Origin: Fibrobacteria bacterium
Lineage (GTDB): Bacteria; Fibrobacterota; Fibrobacteria; UBA11236
Direction: 5' to 3'
Assembly (NCBI GenBank): GCA_043745805.1
Contig: JAYTSD010000017.1
Coordinates: forward strand, 1-64,000
DNA: 64,000 nucleotides
Every line of letters starts with the position of its first letter. Positions within the stretch are counted from its first letter, which is position 1. The translations under genes were made by a program, and so were the position numbers. The notes below the pieces were generated by a model. It was not told the DNA's origin. It saw only the letters and a program-made list of their open reading frames with translations, and did not search any database. Of this stretch, positions 47,361-59,700 are shown piece by piece.

Positions 47361-50089
47361 TAAATTTGTTAATCATTTTATTTTGCCTAGTTTCTTGTAC
47401 ACGGCATCCTGGAAACGAAACAGCAAAATCATTAGTCGTGGAAAATGTGGTGGTTCAGGTGCCAAAAGATGATAGCGTGGTAACGCTTGATTTTCAAATT
47501 AAAAATTTGGATAGCTTGCGTGCTACCTCCGCTTATGCTTCTGATTTATACTTGTTAACCTTAGATAATTTTTTAGAAGTAGGTGGAAAAGATGAGCGTT
47601 TGCCAGAAATTACCATTTGGAAAGCAAATCATTTATATAATCGAAATGCATTTAAAGAAGCTCTAGCGCTTTATCAAAAATTTCAGCAAAAATATCCCGA
47701 TAGTAAATTTAATGGAGAAGCGGGACAAATGATTGCGCAGTGCTATGCGCAATTGGGTCAGAATGATAAGGCGGAAGCTTTTTATCGTGGTTTATTAACA
47801 CAAGGAGACGTGGCGGTACGCGGTGAAGCACAGGCTAGAGTTGCACAAACCTTATATTTACAAGCAGAAAGCGCTGAAAAAAATGGAGATTTAAAAAAGG
47901 CTTCGGATATTTATGCACGGGTTGCAAATGAATTTCCAACGGTGGAAATCTCACCCGTGGCATTATTCAATGCCGGTGTACTACAAGAAAAAATTAAAGA
48001 TTGGAATTCAGCTATTGCCTTATACCATAAATTTTTTGACGCTTATTATTCGAATAATATGTTGCCAAAAGTTTTATTTCGGGAAGCGAAATGCTTTGAA
48101 CAATTAAGTATTTGGGATTCGGTTGCGCAAAAATATACAAATTTAGCTCGCGCATTTCCCAAATCACCTGAAGCAGAATTGGCGGCTTATAATGCTGGTT
48201 TTGCTTTTGCGAATGCACTTAAGCAAAAAGAAGCGGCTTTGGCATTTGAAAATTATGCCAAACAATTTCCGGATAAATCCGAAGCGCCTAATTTATTATT
48301 TCGAGCGGCGGAAATGTATGGCGAATTGAAAGCTTGGGATAAAGTGGGGGAGTTACAGGGATTATTTGCCAAGCGTTATGCCAGCGATAAAACACGTTTG
48401 ATTCAAGCCCTATGTATGGGCGGCATGGCGGCTTTTCAACAAGAACACTTCGAGGAAGCCAAGAGATTATTAGAAAATACCTTAGCTGAATTTTTTAAAC
48501 AAAAATCAATGGATCCCAATTCGCGTTATTATGCCGCGCAAGCGCAACACACTTTAGCAGAAATGGAATGGGGCAATTTCTTAAAAATTTCGTGGACGGA
48601 TAAAAGCAATAATTTTGAAGCGGTATTAAAAAATAAAACCCAACAAATGAAAAAAACCGTTTCGGCCTATTTACATGTATTTGATCTTAAAATTGTGGAT
48701 TGGAGTTTGCGTTCGGCCAACTCCTTAGGAAATGCTTTTGGTAAATATGCAATTGATATTTATGAAGCACCTAGAAAAGCGATTAAAAAGGATCAAGATG
48801 AATGGGAAATTGAAGCAGATACTTATACCGCACTAATTAATACCATGGGGAAGGCTCAAGATCAATTTGCACAGGTATTAGCACTTGCCGAAAAACAAGA
48901 TGTGCATAATATTTGGGTGGATCAAGCGAGACAACAACTAGGAATATTAGCCACACAACTAATTAATATTCATGCCCAAGTTGAGCAGCGTACTTTAAAG
49001 TCGATCCACGAAGAAGATGGGAATTCCGATAAGGCCATTGCCAATGCATTAAAATTAGCTGGCCGAGTGCGCGATATCGCCGAAATTTCTCAAGGGTATT
49101 ATAAAAGTTACCTCGATATAGCCGCAGAAGTCGTTTTGGATAGCGAAGTGAATACTAAGGTAAGTGTTGCCTTGCTGAACAGCTCTTTGTCCTTAGGCCA
49201 AAGTTATCTGAAAGTGGTTACCCTTGCAAGGGGTGCTAACATTCCCAAAAATTTTCAAGCTATGGAAAGTTTTTATTATAAAGCAAAATTGTTGCAAGAA
49301 GGTTTACCCAAATTTGAAAAAGTGGCTATTGAGTATCTTCGCAATGGATTGGAACTTGCTGAATTATATGGATTAGAAGACAGTTTGCGTATTAATAATT
49401 TGAAAAAATCACTGGGAGAAGAATTGTATACTGAGGCTTATGCCCTTGATTTGTTGGGTCAAGAAGCACTTTTGCATCCCCCTATGCCGGAGAAAATTAG
49501 CGAAGTAGAGAAAAAAACCTATAGTGAAAAATTAGAGAATACGGGATATCAATTACAGGATAAGGCCATAGAAAAATATAAGCAAATTGTGGATTTAGCG
49601 ATGGTTAATAAAGTGGATTTACAGTTTGCTAAAAAGGCTTTTGCCCGTCTTTATCAAGTTGAGCCGGATAAATGGTCGAATGACGACAAGCCCATTTACC
49701 CTTGGAATTCCGAATACCCCTCCATGGAAGAAATTCAAAACTTGAGAAACGATCAGCCGGTATTACCAAACTTTCCTCCGGTTTTGCCAGTTACCCAAGC
49801 GAAAGTAAATATGCCAGTAACACCCAAAGTACATGATTCGACTAAATCTGTGAAGGATTCTGTAACAAAAATAGATACCGTAACAAAATCTGTTGCTCAA
49901 GCCATAAAGAATGATACAGTAGAAAAAGTGGATTCTCCCATAAAAGTTGAGTCCATGTTGAAAGTAGATCCGGTAATTAAAAGGGAAGAGAACATTGACA
50001 TTACAAAGTCAATAATTCCCATGCCTGAGGCAATTATTAAAATGGATACAACTGTTAAAGTAGATACGCTAATTAGCGTCGATAAATAA
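47357..50089 (+). CDS. Large TPR lipoprotein (Glt-like) with a low-complexity tail
   Basis: Lipobox LVSC; TPR repeats; PPMP...Y...LE...QL..KA...Y segment; K/V/D/T-rich tail. Confidence 0.75.
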   Translation: MINLLIILFCLVSCTRHPGNETAKSLVVENVVVQVPKDDSVVTLDFQIKNLDSLRATSAYASDLYLLTLDNFLEVGGKDERLPEITIWKANHLYNRNAFKEALALYQKFQQKYPDSKFNGEAGQMIAQCYAQLGQNDKAEAFYRGLLTQGDVAVRGEAQARVAQTLYLQAESAEKNGDLKKASDIYARVANEFPTVEISPVALFNAGVLQEKIKDWNSAIALYHKFFDAYYSNNMLPKVLFREAKCFEQLSIWDSVAQKYTNLARAFPKSPEAELAAYNAGFAFANALKQKEAALAFENYAKQFPDKSEAPNLLFRAAEMYGELKAWDKVGELQGLFAKRYASDKTRLIQALCMGGMAAFQQEHFEEAKRLLENTLAEFFKQKSMDPNSRYYAAQAQHTLAEMEWGNFLKISWTDKSNNFEAVLKNKTQQMKKTVSAYLHVFDLKIVDWSLRSANSLGNAFGKYAIDIYEAPRKAIKKDQDEWEIEADTYTALINTMGKAQDQFAQVLALAEKQDVHNIWVDQARQQLGILATQLINIHAQVEQRTLKSIHEEDGNSDKAIANALKLAGRVRDIAEISQGYYKSYLDIAAEVVLDSEVNTKVSVALLNSSLSLGQSYLKVVTLARGANIPKNFQAMESFYYKAKLLQEGLPKFEKVAIEYLRNGLELAELYGLEDSLRINNLKKSLGEELYTEAYALDLLGQEALLHPPMPEKISEVEKKTYSEKLENTGYQLQDKAIEKYKQIVDLAMVNKVDLQFAKKAFARLYQVEPDKWSNDDKPIYPWNSEYPSMEEIQNLRNDQPVLPNFPPVLPVTQAKVNMPVTPKVHDSTKSVKDSVTKIDTVTKSVAQAIKNDTVEKVDSPIKVESMLKVDPVIKREENIDITKSIIPMPEAIIKMDTTVKVDTLISVDK

Positions 50090-50167
50090 TGCCGACTAAA
50101 AAAAAGCGCAAGAAATAGGCCTATATTGTTTCTTTAGATTTGTGTGTATTCCTCCGATAAAGATACT

Positions 50168-50476
50168 ATGCTAAAAAATAAATCTTTAATAAATGCCTTA
50201 TTCATCGTAACTTTAAGTTTCATTTCAGCTTTTGCGACAACAAAAAAAAGCTCGCTACCCTCTAAAAGCAATACTGATAAGCCTGTAGAAGTCATTTCTA
50301 AAATGTCCGAAGAAATTAGTTTTGGAAAAAATTTAGTGGTGGAAGGTAAAGTGGAAAAGCCACAAGTTCAATTCCCACTTGTTAAAGAAGCCCCTCCCGA
50401 GAAGCCAATTCAATTTGAAACTAGCTTTCTTCCCAAAATACTCTATCTCGAAAGAGAGAATACTTTTACAGAATAA
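50168..50476 (+). CDS. GltF/CglF-like small exported protein
   Basis: Signal peptide; ISF...VEGKVEKPQ...SFLPKI resembles the CglF I.F....IEG...KP motif. Confidence 0.55.
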   Translation: MLKNKSLINALFIVTLSFISAFATTKKSSLPSKSNTDKPVEVISKMSEEISFGKNLVVEGKVEKPQVQFPLVKEAPPEKPIQFETSFLPKILYLERENTFTE

Positions 50477-50703
50477 TTTTGAGTGTGTTGATGAATTTGT
50501 TAAAACTCGAGATTTTTGAGTATGCAATTTAATGTCATTGTGCAAGATCAGTGGTAACATAAAATGGCTATTTCATAAAGGAAACGCCATTGCTTAGGCT
50601 TTTTGACAAATGTTTTATAAGGGAAATTAAAGGGAAAAAGTGATAAATGTTACACGTAACATTATAGTTATCAAAGGGAATATCAATTTTCTTCCGGATT
50701 TAT

Positions 50704-53700
50704 ATGTTGAAGTTTAACGTTAAAATTTACCGATTTTTTGCCATATTGTTTTTTGCCTTTCTAGGTATTCAGTCTGTTTACGCATCCACCCGAACATGGT
50801 CGGGTGGTTCTGGTGTTGATGGCAATTGGCAGACATCGGCTAACTGGGATGTTCTCCCTGTAGCAGGTGACGATTTAATTTTTGCGGGAAGCACGCGCTT
50901 AACTAATGCCAATAATTTTCCGAATGGAACCAGTTTTAAATCAATTACTTTTGCGGTGGGAAGTGGCGCTTGGGTAGTTACAGGTAACGATATTACCTTA
51001 AGTGGTGGTGCAACCGCAATTGCTTATAATTTAACCAGTGCAAACTCTGGCTCCTTAGCTTGTAATATCACTTTTTCTACGACGGCTCCAACCATCACAA
51101 CGGCAGCGAGTGGAACGGGAACATTGACTTTAAGTGGTACTATGGCCACAGCAGGATACACGGTAACCACGGCTGTGAATGGTGCCACCTTAGCATTGAC
51201 CGGAGTGGTAAGTGGCACTGGGGCAATTAGTAAAACAGTTGCTGGAATACTTACTCTTTCGGGTGCAAATACTCTTAGTGGTGGCGTAACAGTTTCGGCC
51301 GGAACCTTGAATATTAATCATAACACCGCGCTAGGAACAGGAACTTTTGCAATTTCTGGTGGCACAATAGACAATACGAGCGGATCGACAGTTACATGTA
51401 CAAATAATAATACGGAGAATATTACTGGTAACATTACTTATACGGGTACAGGTGGAGCAACCCTGGACTTAGGCACAGGAACTTATGGTGATATGGGAGA
51501 TCGTACTTGGACTGTAAGCGCTGGTGTTTTAAAAATGGGCGGACAATTTTGGCATAATAGAAATATGACTAAAAGTGGGAACGGTGAATTGTATTTATAT
51601 GGACCTGGCGATGCTACTTATGGCGGATTCGATTGGCTTTATGGATTTAATGTAACGGCCGGAACACTTACCCTTGTAGGTGCTAGCACGGGAAATATTG
51701 GATCAGGAAATTTAGACGTCCAGAGCGGCGGTACATTAAACATTAATAATAATACGGCTCTTGGTTTGGCAGGAAGTGAAAGATTAAAAATTCATAGTGG
51801 AGCTATAATAGGAAATTCCAGTGGCAGTACCATTACCCTCACAAATAATAATCAATGGAATATGGGCGGTAGCTTTACTTTTCAGGGTCCTAATGATCTT
51901 AACCTAGGAACAGGTGCCGTCACTTGGGGCAATGGTTATACCATTACTACAAGTGCTGGAAATTTAACCATAGGTTCGGTATTAAGCGGTGCTAATTCTT
52001 TGACTAAAGCGGGAGCAGGCAATTTAATACTTTCGGGTGCCAATAGCTATTCCGGCTTAACCACTATTAGTGCAGGAACATTAAAATTAGGAGCAACGGG
52101 TGGCGGAACTAATACTCCATTAGGAACAATTGCAGCAGGAACGGTAGTGTCTGCCACTGGAGCTGCTTTAGATTTAAATGGCTATTCACTCGGTACAGCA
52201 GAAGGTTTAACCCTTAATGGAACGGGTGTTTCTAGTGGTGGGGCATTAACCAATTCCAGTGCTTCCGCAGCAACTTATACCGGAGCCATCGTATTGGGAA
52301 GTGCTAGTAGTATAATTGCTAGTAGTGGAGATATAAATTTAACTACGGGTGGTATTACGGGTGCATTTGGATTAACCCTTGGGGGAACGAGTACCGGAAG
52401 TACAATCACTAGTATTATTGGTAGTGCTGCGGGTACATTATCAAAATCTGGTGCAGGAACATGGGCATTATCTGGAGTAAATACCTTTACTGGGGGCAGT
52501 ACTATTAGTGCTGGAACAATCAGTATTAGTAATGGAAGTAGTTTAGGAGCGCCTTCGGGTGTTAATTTATTAACCTTTACCGGTCCTGGAACATTAGCGG
52601 TTACCTCTGATTTAACTCTTCCTAATAAAATGCTTATCAATCAATCGGCCAGTGCTTCTACAATGACTATTGATGTTGCTTCGGGAATTACTCTGACTAC
52701 CGTGGGAAATATTCGTTCGGACCAAACTGGAAATATTAATTATAAAACCGGTACGGGTACATGGATTAGTAGTTCAGATTGTAGCTATTGTGATAATGGT
52801 TTTTTTATTCAAGCGGGAACTTTTGAAGCGCAAGTTAATAATGCATTTGGTGATATTAGTACCGATTTAATTACCATGGCGGCCAATACTACCCTTCGTT
52901 TAACGACCGATGCGACGGTAAATTTTCAAGCGGGAATAAAAATTAACGGATCAGGGGTAAATATTATTGAGAATCGTATTACTTCGGGTGCAGCGGTTAC
53001 TAATACTGTAAGCAAGTTAGTGGTGAATGGTGCCTATACTGTAAATTTTAGTGCGGGTACAAATGTAACAAGTGGAACGCCTGGATTAACCTTTAGTAAT
53101 GCGAATACTTTGGCCGGAGCCACCATACTTGATGTCGCGAATTCTCCGGCGAGCATGTTGGTGACTTATAGTAGTACTATTACGGGCACGGCAACCAATC
53201 TTACTGTGCAAGGCGCTGGAAATACTACTATAACTGGTGCGATTGCTATTACGAGTGGAACTTTAACTAAGGCGGGAACAGGCACTCTTATTTTGGGTGG
53301 GAACAGTACTTATACTGGCCTCACCACAATCAGTGCAGGAACCCTTAAACTAGGCGCGACTGGTGATGCCACTAATACACCGTTAGGTACAACAGGTGCT
53401 GGAACCGTTGTTTCAGCAACGGGTGCCGCTTTGGATTTAAATGGTTTTTCCTTGGGAACGGCCGAAGGTTTAACCCTCAATGGTACTGGGGTTTCGAGTG
53501 GAGGTGCTTTAACCAATGGTTCGGGAACAGCGGCTACTTACACTGGCGCGCTTGTGTTAGGTAGTGCTAGTACCATACTTTCTAATAGTGGAAATATTGT
53601 ATTGACAACGGGTGGTATTACCGGAGCTTTTGCTTTAACCTTGGATGGAAGTAATGCTGCTAGCAGTATCAGTGGTGTAATAGGTATTGGTGCTGGTACA

Positions 53701-56700
53701 GTAACTAAAGCGGGTACAGGAACGTGGACTCTTTTGGGTGCAAATACCTATTCAGGTGCCACCGCGGTCAATGCTGGATCCTTGGCGGCAGGTGTAGTCT
53801 CAGTGGCGAATACCAGTGGTGCCTTTGGAAATAATTCCGCTGTGACCATGGCCAACGTAGCGTCTACGGTACTTAATATTACTGGTTTTAATACTCAAAT
53901 TGGTTCTCTCACTGGTGGCGGTGGTACGGGTGGAAATGTAACTTTGGGAGCAGCCACCCTTTCCATAGGTGGTGATAATTCAAGTCCTTCGGCTTATGCG
54001 GGAGTTATTTCCGGCACCGGAGCTTTGACTAAAATTGGATCGGGTTCATTAACACTTTCCGGTACCAACACTTACACCGGCGCATCGACCATCAGTGCTG
54101 GTACACTGCTTGTTACGGGATCAACTTCTTCAGGCGCAGTTTCGGTTACGGGAACTCTTGGTGGATCGGGTTCCATGGCTGGCGCCTTAACAGTCAATAA
54201 TGGCGGTACTATTCAATTGAGTGCGGCCAGCTCAACCCTTACATTATCAAGTGCGACCACGCCAACATTTACCGCAACATCGACTCTTACGATTTATGCC
54301 ACTGCTTCCACTTTAGACAAAGTCTCCTTGACCCATGCTACACCAACCTTTGCAGCTGGTAATGTTGCTCTCAACGTAGATGCTACAGGACTTACCGGAA
54401 CTGTTACTGGTGTTACTATTGTGCAAACCACAAATGCCTCAGGAGTTACTGGCACATTCTCATCAATTACCTGTAATAATGGGTATACCGCAACTCCGCA
54501 TTATAATGCAGCAACTATTACGCTTGACATAACCGTAAGCCCAATGAAAAAATACTGGACGGGATCGGGCACTTGGAATGCTGCGAATACAAATTGGGCA
54601 ACCTCATCGGGTGGCACCTATAATCAAACCTTTGTTGCGGGTGATACAGCAGTCTTTGAAGGAACTGCGGGCACGGTTACTGTATCGTCTCCTAATAATC
54701 CTGGAGGCATCATTTTCAATGTGGCAGGTTATACTGTGAGCAGTGGAACTATTACTATGGCCAATAATCCCACTGTTATCACGGCTACACAATCGGGAAC
54801 TATCAATTCAATTCTTGCGGGTGCAGTAGGCATGACCAAGAATGGAGCCAATACATTGACATTAGGCGGATCCAGTACTTATACCGGAACTACAACTATT
54901 AGCGTGGGAACACTTAAACTAGGTGCAACGGGTGATGCGACAAACACCCCACTTGGAACAACCGGTGCAGGGACAAGTGTTACTTCAGGCGCAGCATTGG
55001 ATTTAGGTGGATTTGCTTTAGGAACTGCCGAAGCCTTAACTCTTAATGGGACAGGGGTTTCGAGTGGTGGCGCTTTAATGAATTCAGGTGCAGCAACTAC
55101 TTATAGTGGTTTAGTAACTCTTGGAAGTACGGGTGTCAGTATCCTAGGGGGAACTGGAACCATTGCTTTAAGTAATGTAGGTACTATCACAGGCTCTGGA
55201 TTTACATTAGCTCTGGGTGGTGCTCAGGGTGGTAGTATTACCAGTATAATCGGTACTGGTGCAGGAACAGTAACAAAACAAGACGCAGGGACATGGACGC
55301 TCTCAGGATCTAGTACCTATACTGGCCTTACTACTGTTAGTGCAGGAACACTAAAATTAGGTGCAACCGGTGGCGCAACCAACACTCCATTGGGAACAAC
55401 AGGTGCAGGCACAAGTGTTACTGCTGGCGCCGCATTGGATTTAGGTGGATTTGCTTTAGGAACTGCCGAAGCTCTTACCCTTAATGGCACAGGGTTATCG
55501 AGTGGTGGTGCGTTAATGAATTCTGGCGCGGCAACAACTTATAGCGGTTTGGTGACACTTGGAAGTACCGGTGTCAGCATAATGGGCGGAACAGGAACCA
55601 TTGCTTTAAGTAATGTGGGTACGATTACAGGTTCAGGCTATGCTTTGACTTTAGGTGGTGCGCAAGGTGGAAGTATAACTAGTATTATTGGTACCGTTGC
55701 AGGTACGATAACCAAACAAGATGCAGGGACTTGGACATTATCTGGAGCAAGTACATATACAGGTGCGACCACAGTTAATGGTGGAACTTTGGCCGCTGGT
55801 GTCATTACCAATGCATTTGGAAGTAACTCAGCTGTAACAATGGCAGATGTGGCAGGAGCAATTTTAAATATTACTGGTTATGCAAATACAATTGGCTCAG
55901 TAACAGGAGGTGGAACCACCGGTGGTAATGTAAATTTAGGAGCGGCCATCCTTACCGTTGGGGGTGACAATACAAGCCCTGCGGCTTATGCAGGTGTCAT
56001 ATCAGGTACTGGAGATATTACCAAAACTGGTTCCGGAACTCTTTCGCTTTCAGGAACTAACACTTATAGCGGGACAACAACTATAAGTGCAGGTATTGCT
56101 TCGGCTGTTGGAACCACCTCGGCTTTTGGAACTTCATTATTAAAACCCAATGGAGGTACGATTCAGGTTTTGAATAATGGAGCTGGAAATAATGGTACTA
56201 TTACATTTACTAATAATATTACTCTCAATTCCACTAATACGGGCACTTTTGATGTCAATAATAATGGATCGAATACCGGTAATACTGTTGTTTTTTCCAG
56301 TGCCACTACTAATTTTGGAAATGGACAACTGAATTTTACTGGAGGCAATTCCTATAATGTTCAAATTACCACTTTCAAATTGGGTGCAGGAACTGGAGCC
56401 GGTACTACAATATTAAATCCTACTACGGCAAATATTTACATTTCCACGATTACTTCTACAACTGGATGGGTTCACACACTGCAATTAGACGGAACAAGCA
56501 GTGGAAATATAGTTTCGGGAGTATTCTCGGATGGAAGTTCAGTAGGACCCGTAAATAAAACGAATACCAGTACTTGGATATTAAGTGGGGCTAACACTAA
56601 TACCGGTGCAATTACCGTTACAGCGGGGACTTTGCAAATTGGAAATGCAGGAACTACAGGCTCTCTTTCTACAACGTCTACCATTGCCAATAATGCGACC

Positions 56701-59700
56701 TTAACCTTTAATCGCACGAACACAATCACCCAAGGTACGGATTTTGTATCCGTTATTTCAGGTTCTGGTGCCTTGATCCAAAATGGTAGTGGTGGAACTT
56801 TAGTTTTAAATGGATCAAATACTTATACCGGCGCTACCACCGTAAGTGCTGGAACTCTCAAATTAGGTGCAACTGGCGGTGGAACCAATACGCCACTGGG
56901 GACAACCGGTGCGGGAACAAGTGTTACCGCAGGCGCCACTTTGGATTTAGCTGGATACGCACTTGGAACTGCCGAGGCATTAACATTAAATGGAACAGGT
57001 ATTTCCAGCGGTGGTGCTTTAATGAACTCTGGTGCTGCGACTACATACAGTGGATTAGTAACACTGGGAAGCACAGGGGTGAGTATACTTGGTGGAACAG
57101 GAACTATTGCTTTAAGCAATGTCGGTACTATAACAGGTTCAGGATATGCATTAACCTTGGGCGGTGCTCAAGGTGGAAGCATCACTAGTATAATTGGTAC
57201 TGTAGCAGGTACGGTAACAAAACAGGATGCAGGGATATGGACGCTTTCTGGATCAAATACTTATACCGGTCTTACCACTATAAGTGCAGGAACCCTCAAA
57301 TTAGGGGCAACAGGTGATGCAACAAATACACCATTAGGGACAACTGGATCTGGGACAAGTGTTACCTCGGGCGCGGCTTTAGATTTAGCGGGCTATGCAT
57401 TAGGCGCAGCGGAAGCCTTAACGCTAAATGGAACAGGCGTTTCCAGTGGCGGTGCATTAACCAATAGCTCTGGCACGGCAGCGACTTATACGGGAGCCAT
57501 AGTTTTGGGAAGTGCTAGTTCAATTGTATCAAGTAGTGGAGATATTAATTTAATTACTGGAGGGATTACCGGGGCCTTCGGGTTAACTCTGAGTGGAACC
57601 AATACGGCAAGCACCGTAACGAGTGTCATCGGCATCGGTGCCGGTACACTCACTAAATCTGGAACAGGAACGTGGACATTATCCGGTATAAATACATATA
57701 CCGGTGCCACGGCAGTCAATGCCGGAACTTTAGCAGCAGGGGTAGTTTCGGTGGCGAATACCAGTGGTGCTTTTGGAAATAACTCCGCTGTTACCATGGC
57801 GAATGTGGCGTCTACTGTACTTAATATTACAGGTTACAATACTCAAATAGGTTCGCTTACTGGCGGTGGTGCAACAGGGGGTAATGTAACCTTGGGTGCA
57901 GCTACACTTACGGTAGGTGGGGATAATACTAGCCCATCAGCTTATGCAGGTGTGATTTCGGGAACTGGGGCCATGACTAAAATTGGAACTGGCACAATAA
58001 CTTTAGGTGGTGCAAACACGTATACCGGTGCCACAACTGTGAATGCAGGATCCTTGGCGGCAGGTGTAGCCTCAGTGGCGAATACCAGTGGTGCCTTTGG
58101 AAATAACTCTGCCGTTACCATGGCAAATGTAGCAACGGCTATACTTAATATTACAGGTTACAGTACTCAAGTTGGTTCACTTACTGGCGGCGGAGGTACA
58201 GGAGGTAATGTAACTTTGGGCGCAGCCACACTTTCGGTAGGTGGTGATAATACTACCCCTGCAGCATACGCCGGCGTAATTTCGGGAACTGGTGGATTCA
58301 CTAAGATTGGAACGGGCACAATAACTTTATCCGGTGCCAATACCTATTCTGGAGCAACGACGGTAAGTGTCGGATCCTTGGCGGCAGGTATAGCCTCAGT
58401 GGCGAATACCAGTGGTGCCTTTGGAAATAACTCTGCCGTTACCATGGCAAATGTAGCAACGGCTATACTTAATATTACAGGTTACAATACTCAAGTAGGT
58501 TCACTCACTGGCGGTGGAGGTACTGGAGGTAATGTAACCTTGGGTGCAGTCACACTTTCTGTTGGTGGCGATAATACTAGCCCGGCCGCATATGCTGGAG
58601 TAATTTCGGGAACAGGGGCCCTTACAAAAATTGGAACAGGTACCTTTATTGTTTCAGGATCCAATACTTTTTCGGGTGTTACCACGGTGAGTGCAGGAAC
58701 ACTAAAGCTTGGGGCAGCGGGTGGTGTTACCAACACACCACTAGGAACTACTGCTGGGATAACAAGTGTTACCTCAGGTGCCGCATTGGATTTAGGGGGA
58801 TTTGCCCTTGGCACCGCCGAGGCCTTAACCCTTAATGGTACTGGTATTTCGAGTGGTGGCGCATTAATGAATTCGGGTGCGGCGACTACCTATAGCGGTT
58901 TAGTAACGCTTGGAAGTACCGGAGTTAGTATTCTTGGCGGAACGGGAACAATCGCTTTAAGTAATGTTGGCACTATTACCGGTTCAGGGTATGCTTTAAC
59001 TTTGGGTGGTACTCAGGGTGGAAGTATTATCAGTATCATCGGCACGGGCACGGGAACCTTGAGCAAACAGGATGCTGGAACTTGGACCTTGTCGGGAGCG
59101 AATACTTATGCCGGCGCGACGGCAGTCAATGCTGGAACATTAGCGGCAGGTGTAGTCTCAGTGGCTAATACCAGCGGTGCTTTTGGAAATAACTCTGCGA
59201 TTACGATGGCCAATGTAGCGTCCACGGTACTGAATATTACAGGTTACAATACGCAAATTGGTTCTCTCACAGGTGGCGGTGCTACTGGCGGAAATATAAC
59301 TTTGGGAGCTGCTACACTTTCGATAGGTGGGGATAATACGAGTCCATCGGTTTATGCTGGAGTAATATCTGGTACGGGAACTTTAACTAAAATTGGGACA
59401 GGGACATTTATTATTTCAGGTTCCAACACCTACTCAGGAACAACTACCATTAGTGCCGGTACTTTAAAACTAGGTGCAACAGGTGATGCTACGAATACTC
59501 CGCTAGGAACAATAGGCGCAGGCACAGTTGTTTCAGCAACTGCTGCGGCATTGGACTTGAATGGTTATTCGCTGGGTACAGCGGAAGGCCTAACACTCAA
59601 TGGAACCGGTGTTTCCAGCGGTGGTGCTTTAACCAATAGCTCAGCATCGGCAGTAACTTATACTGGAGCAATTGTACTCGGAAGTGCTAGTAGTATCGTT

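Noticed and set aside
58048-58560. Near-identical repeats as a diversity-generating retroelement TR/VR pair
   Set aside because: Both copies are in-frame coding modules, the differences are not adenine-specific, and no reverse transcriptase is present.
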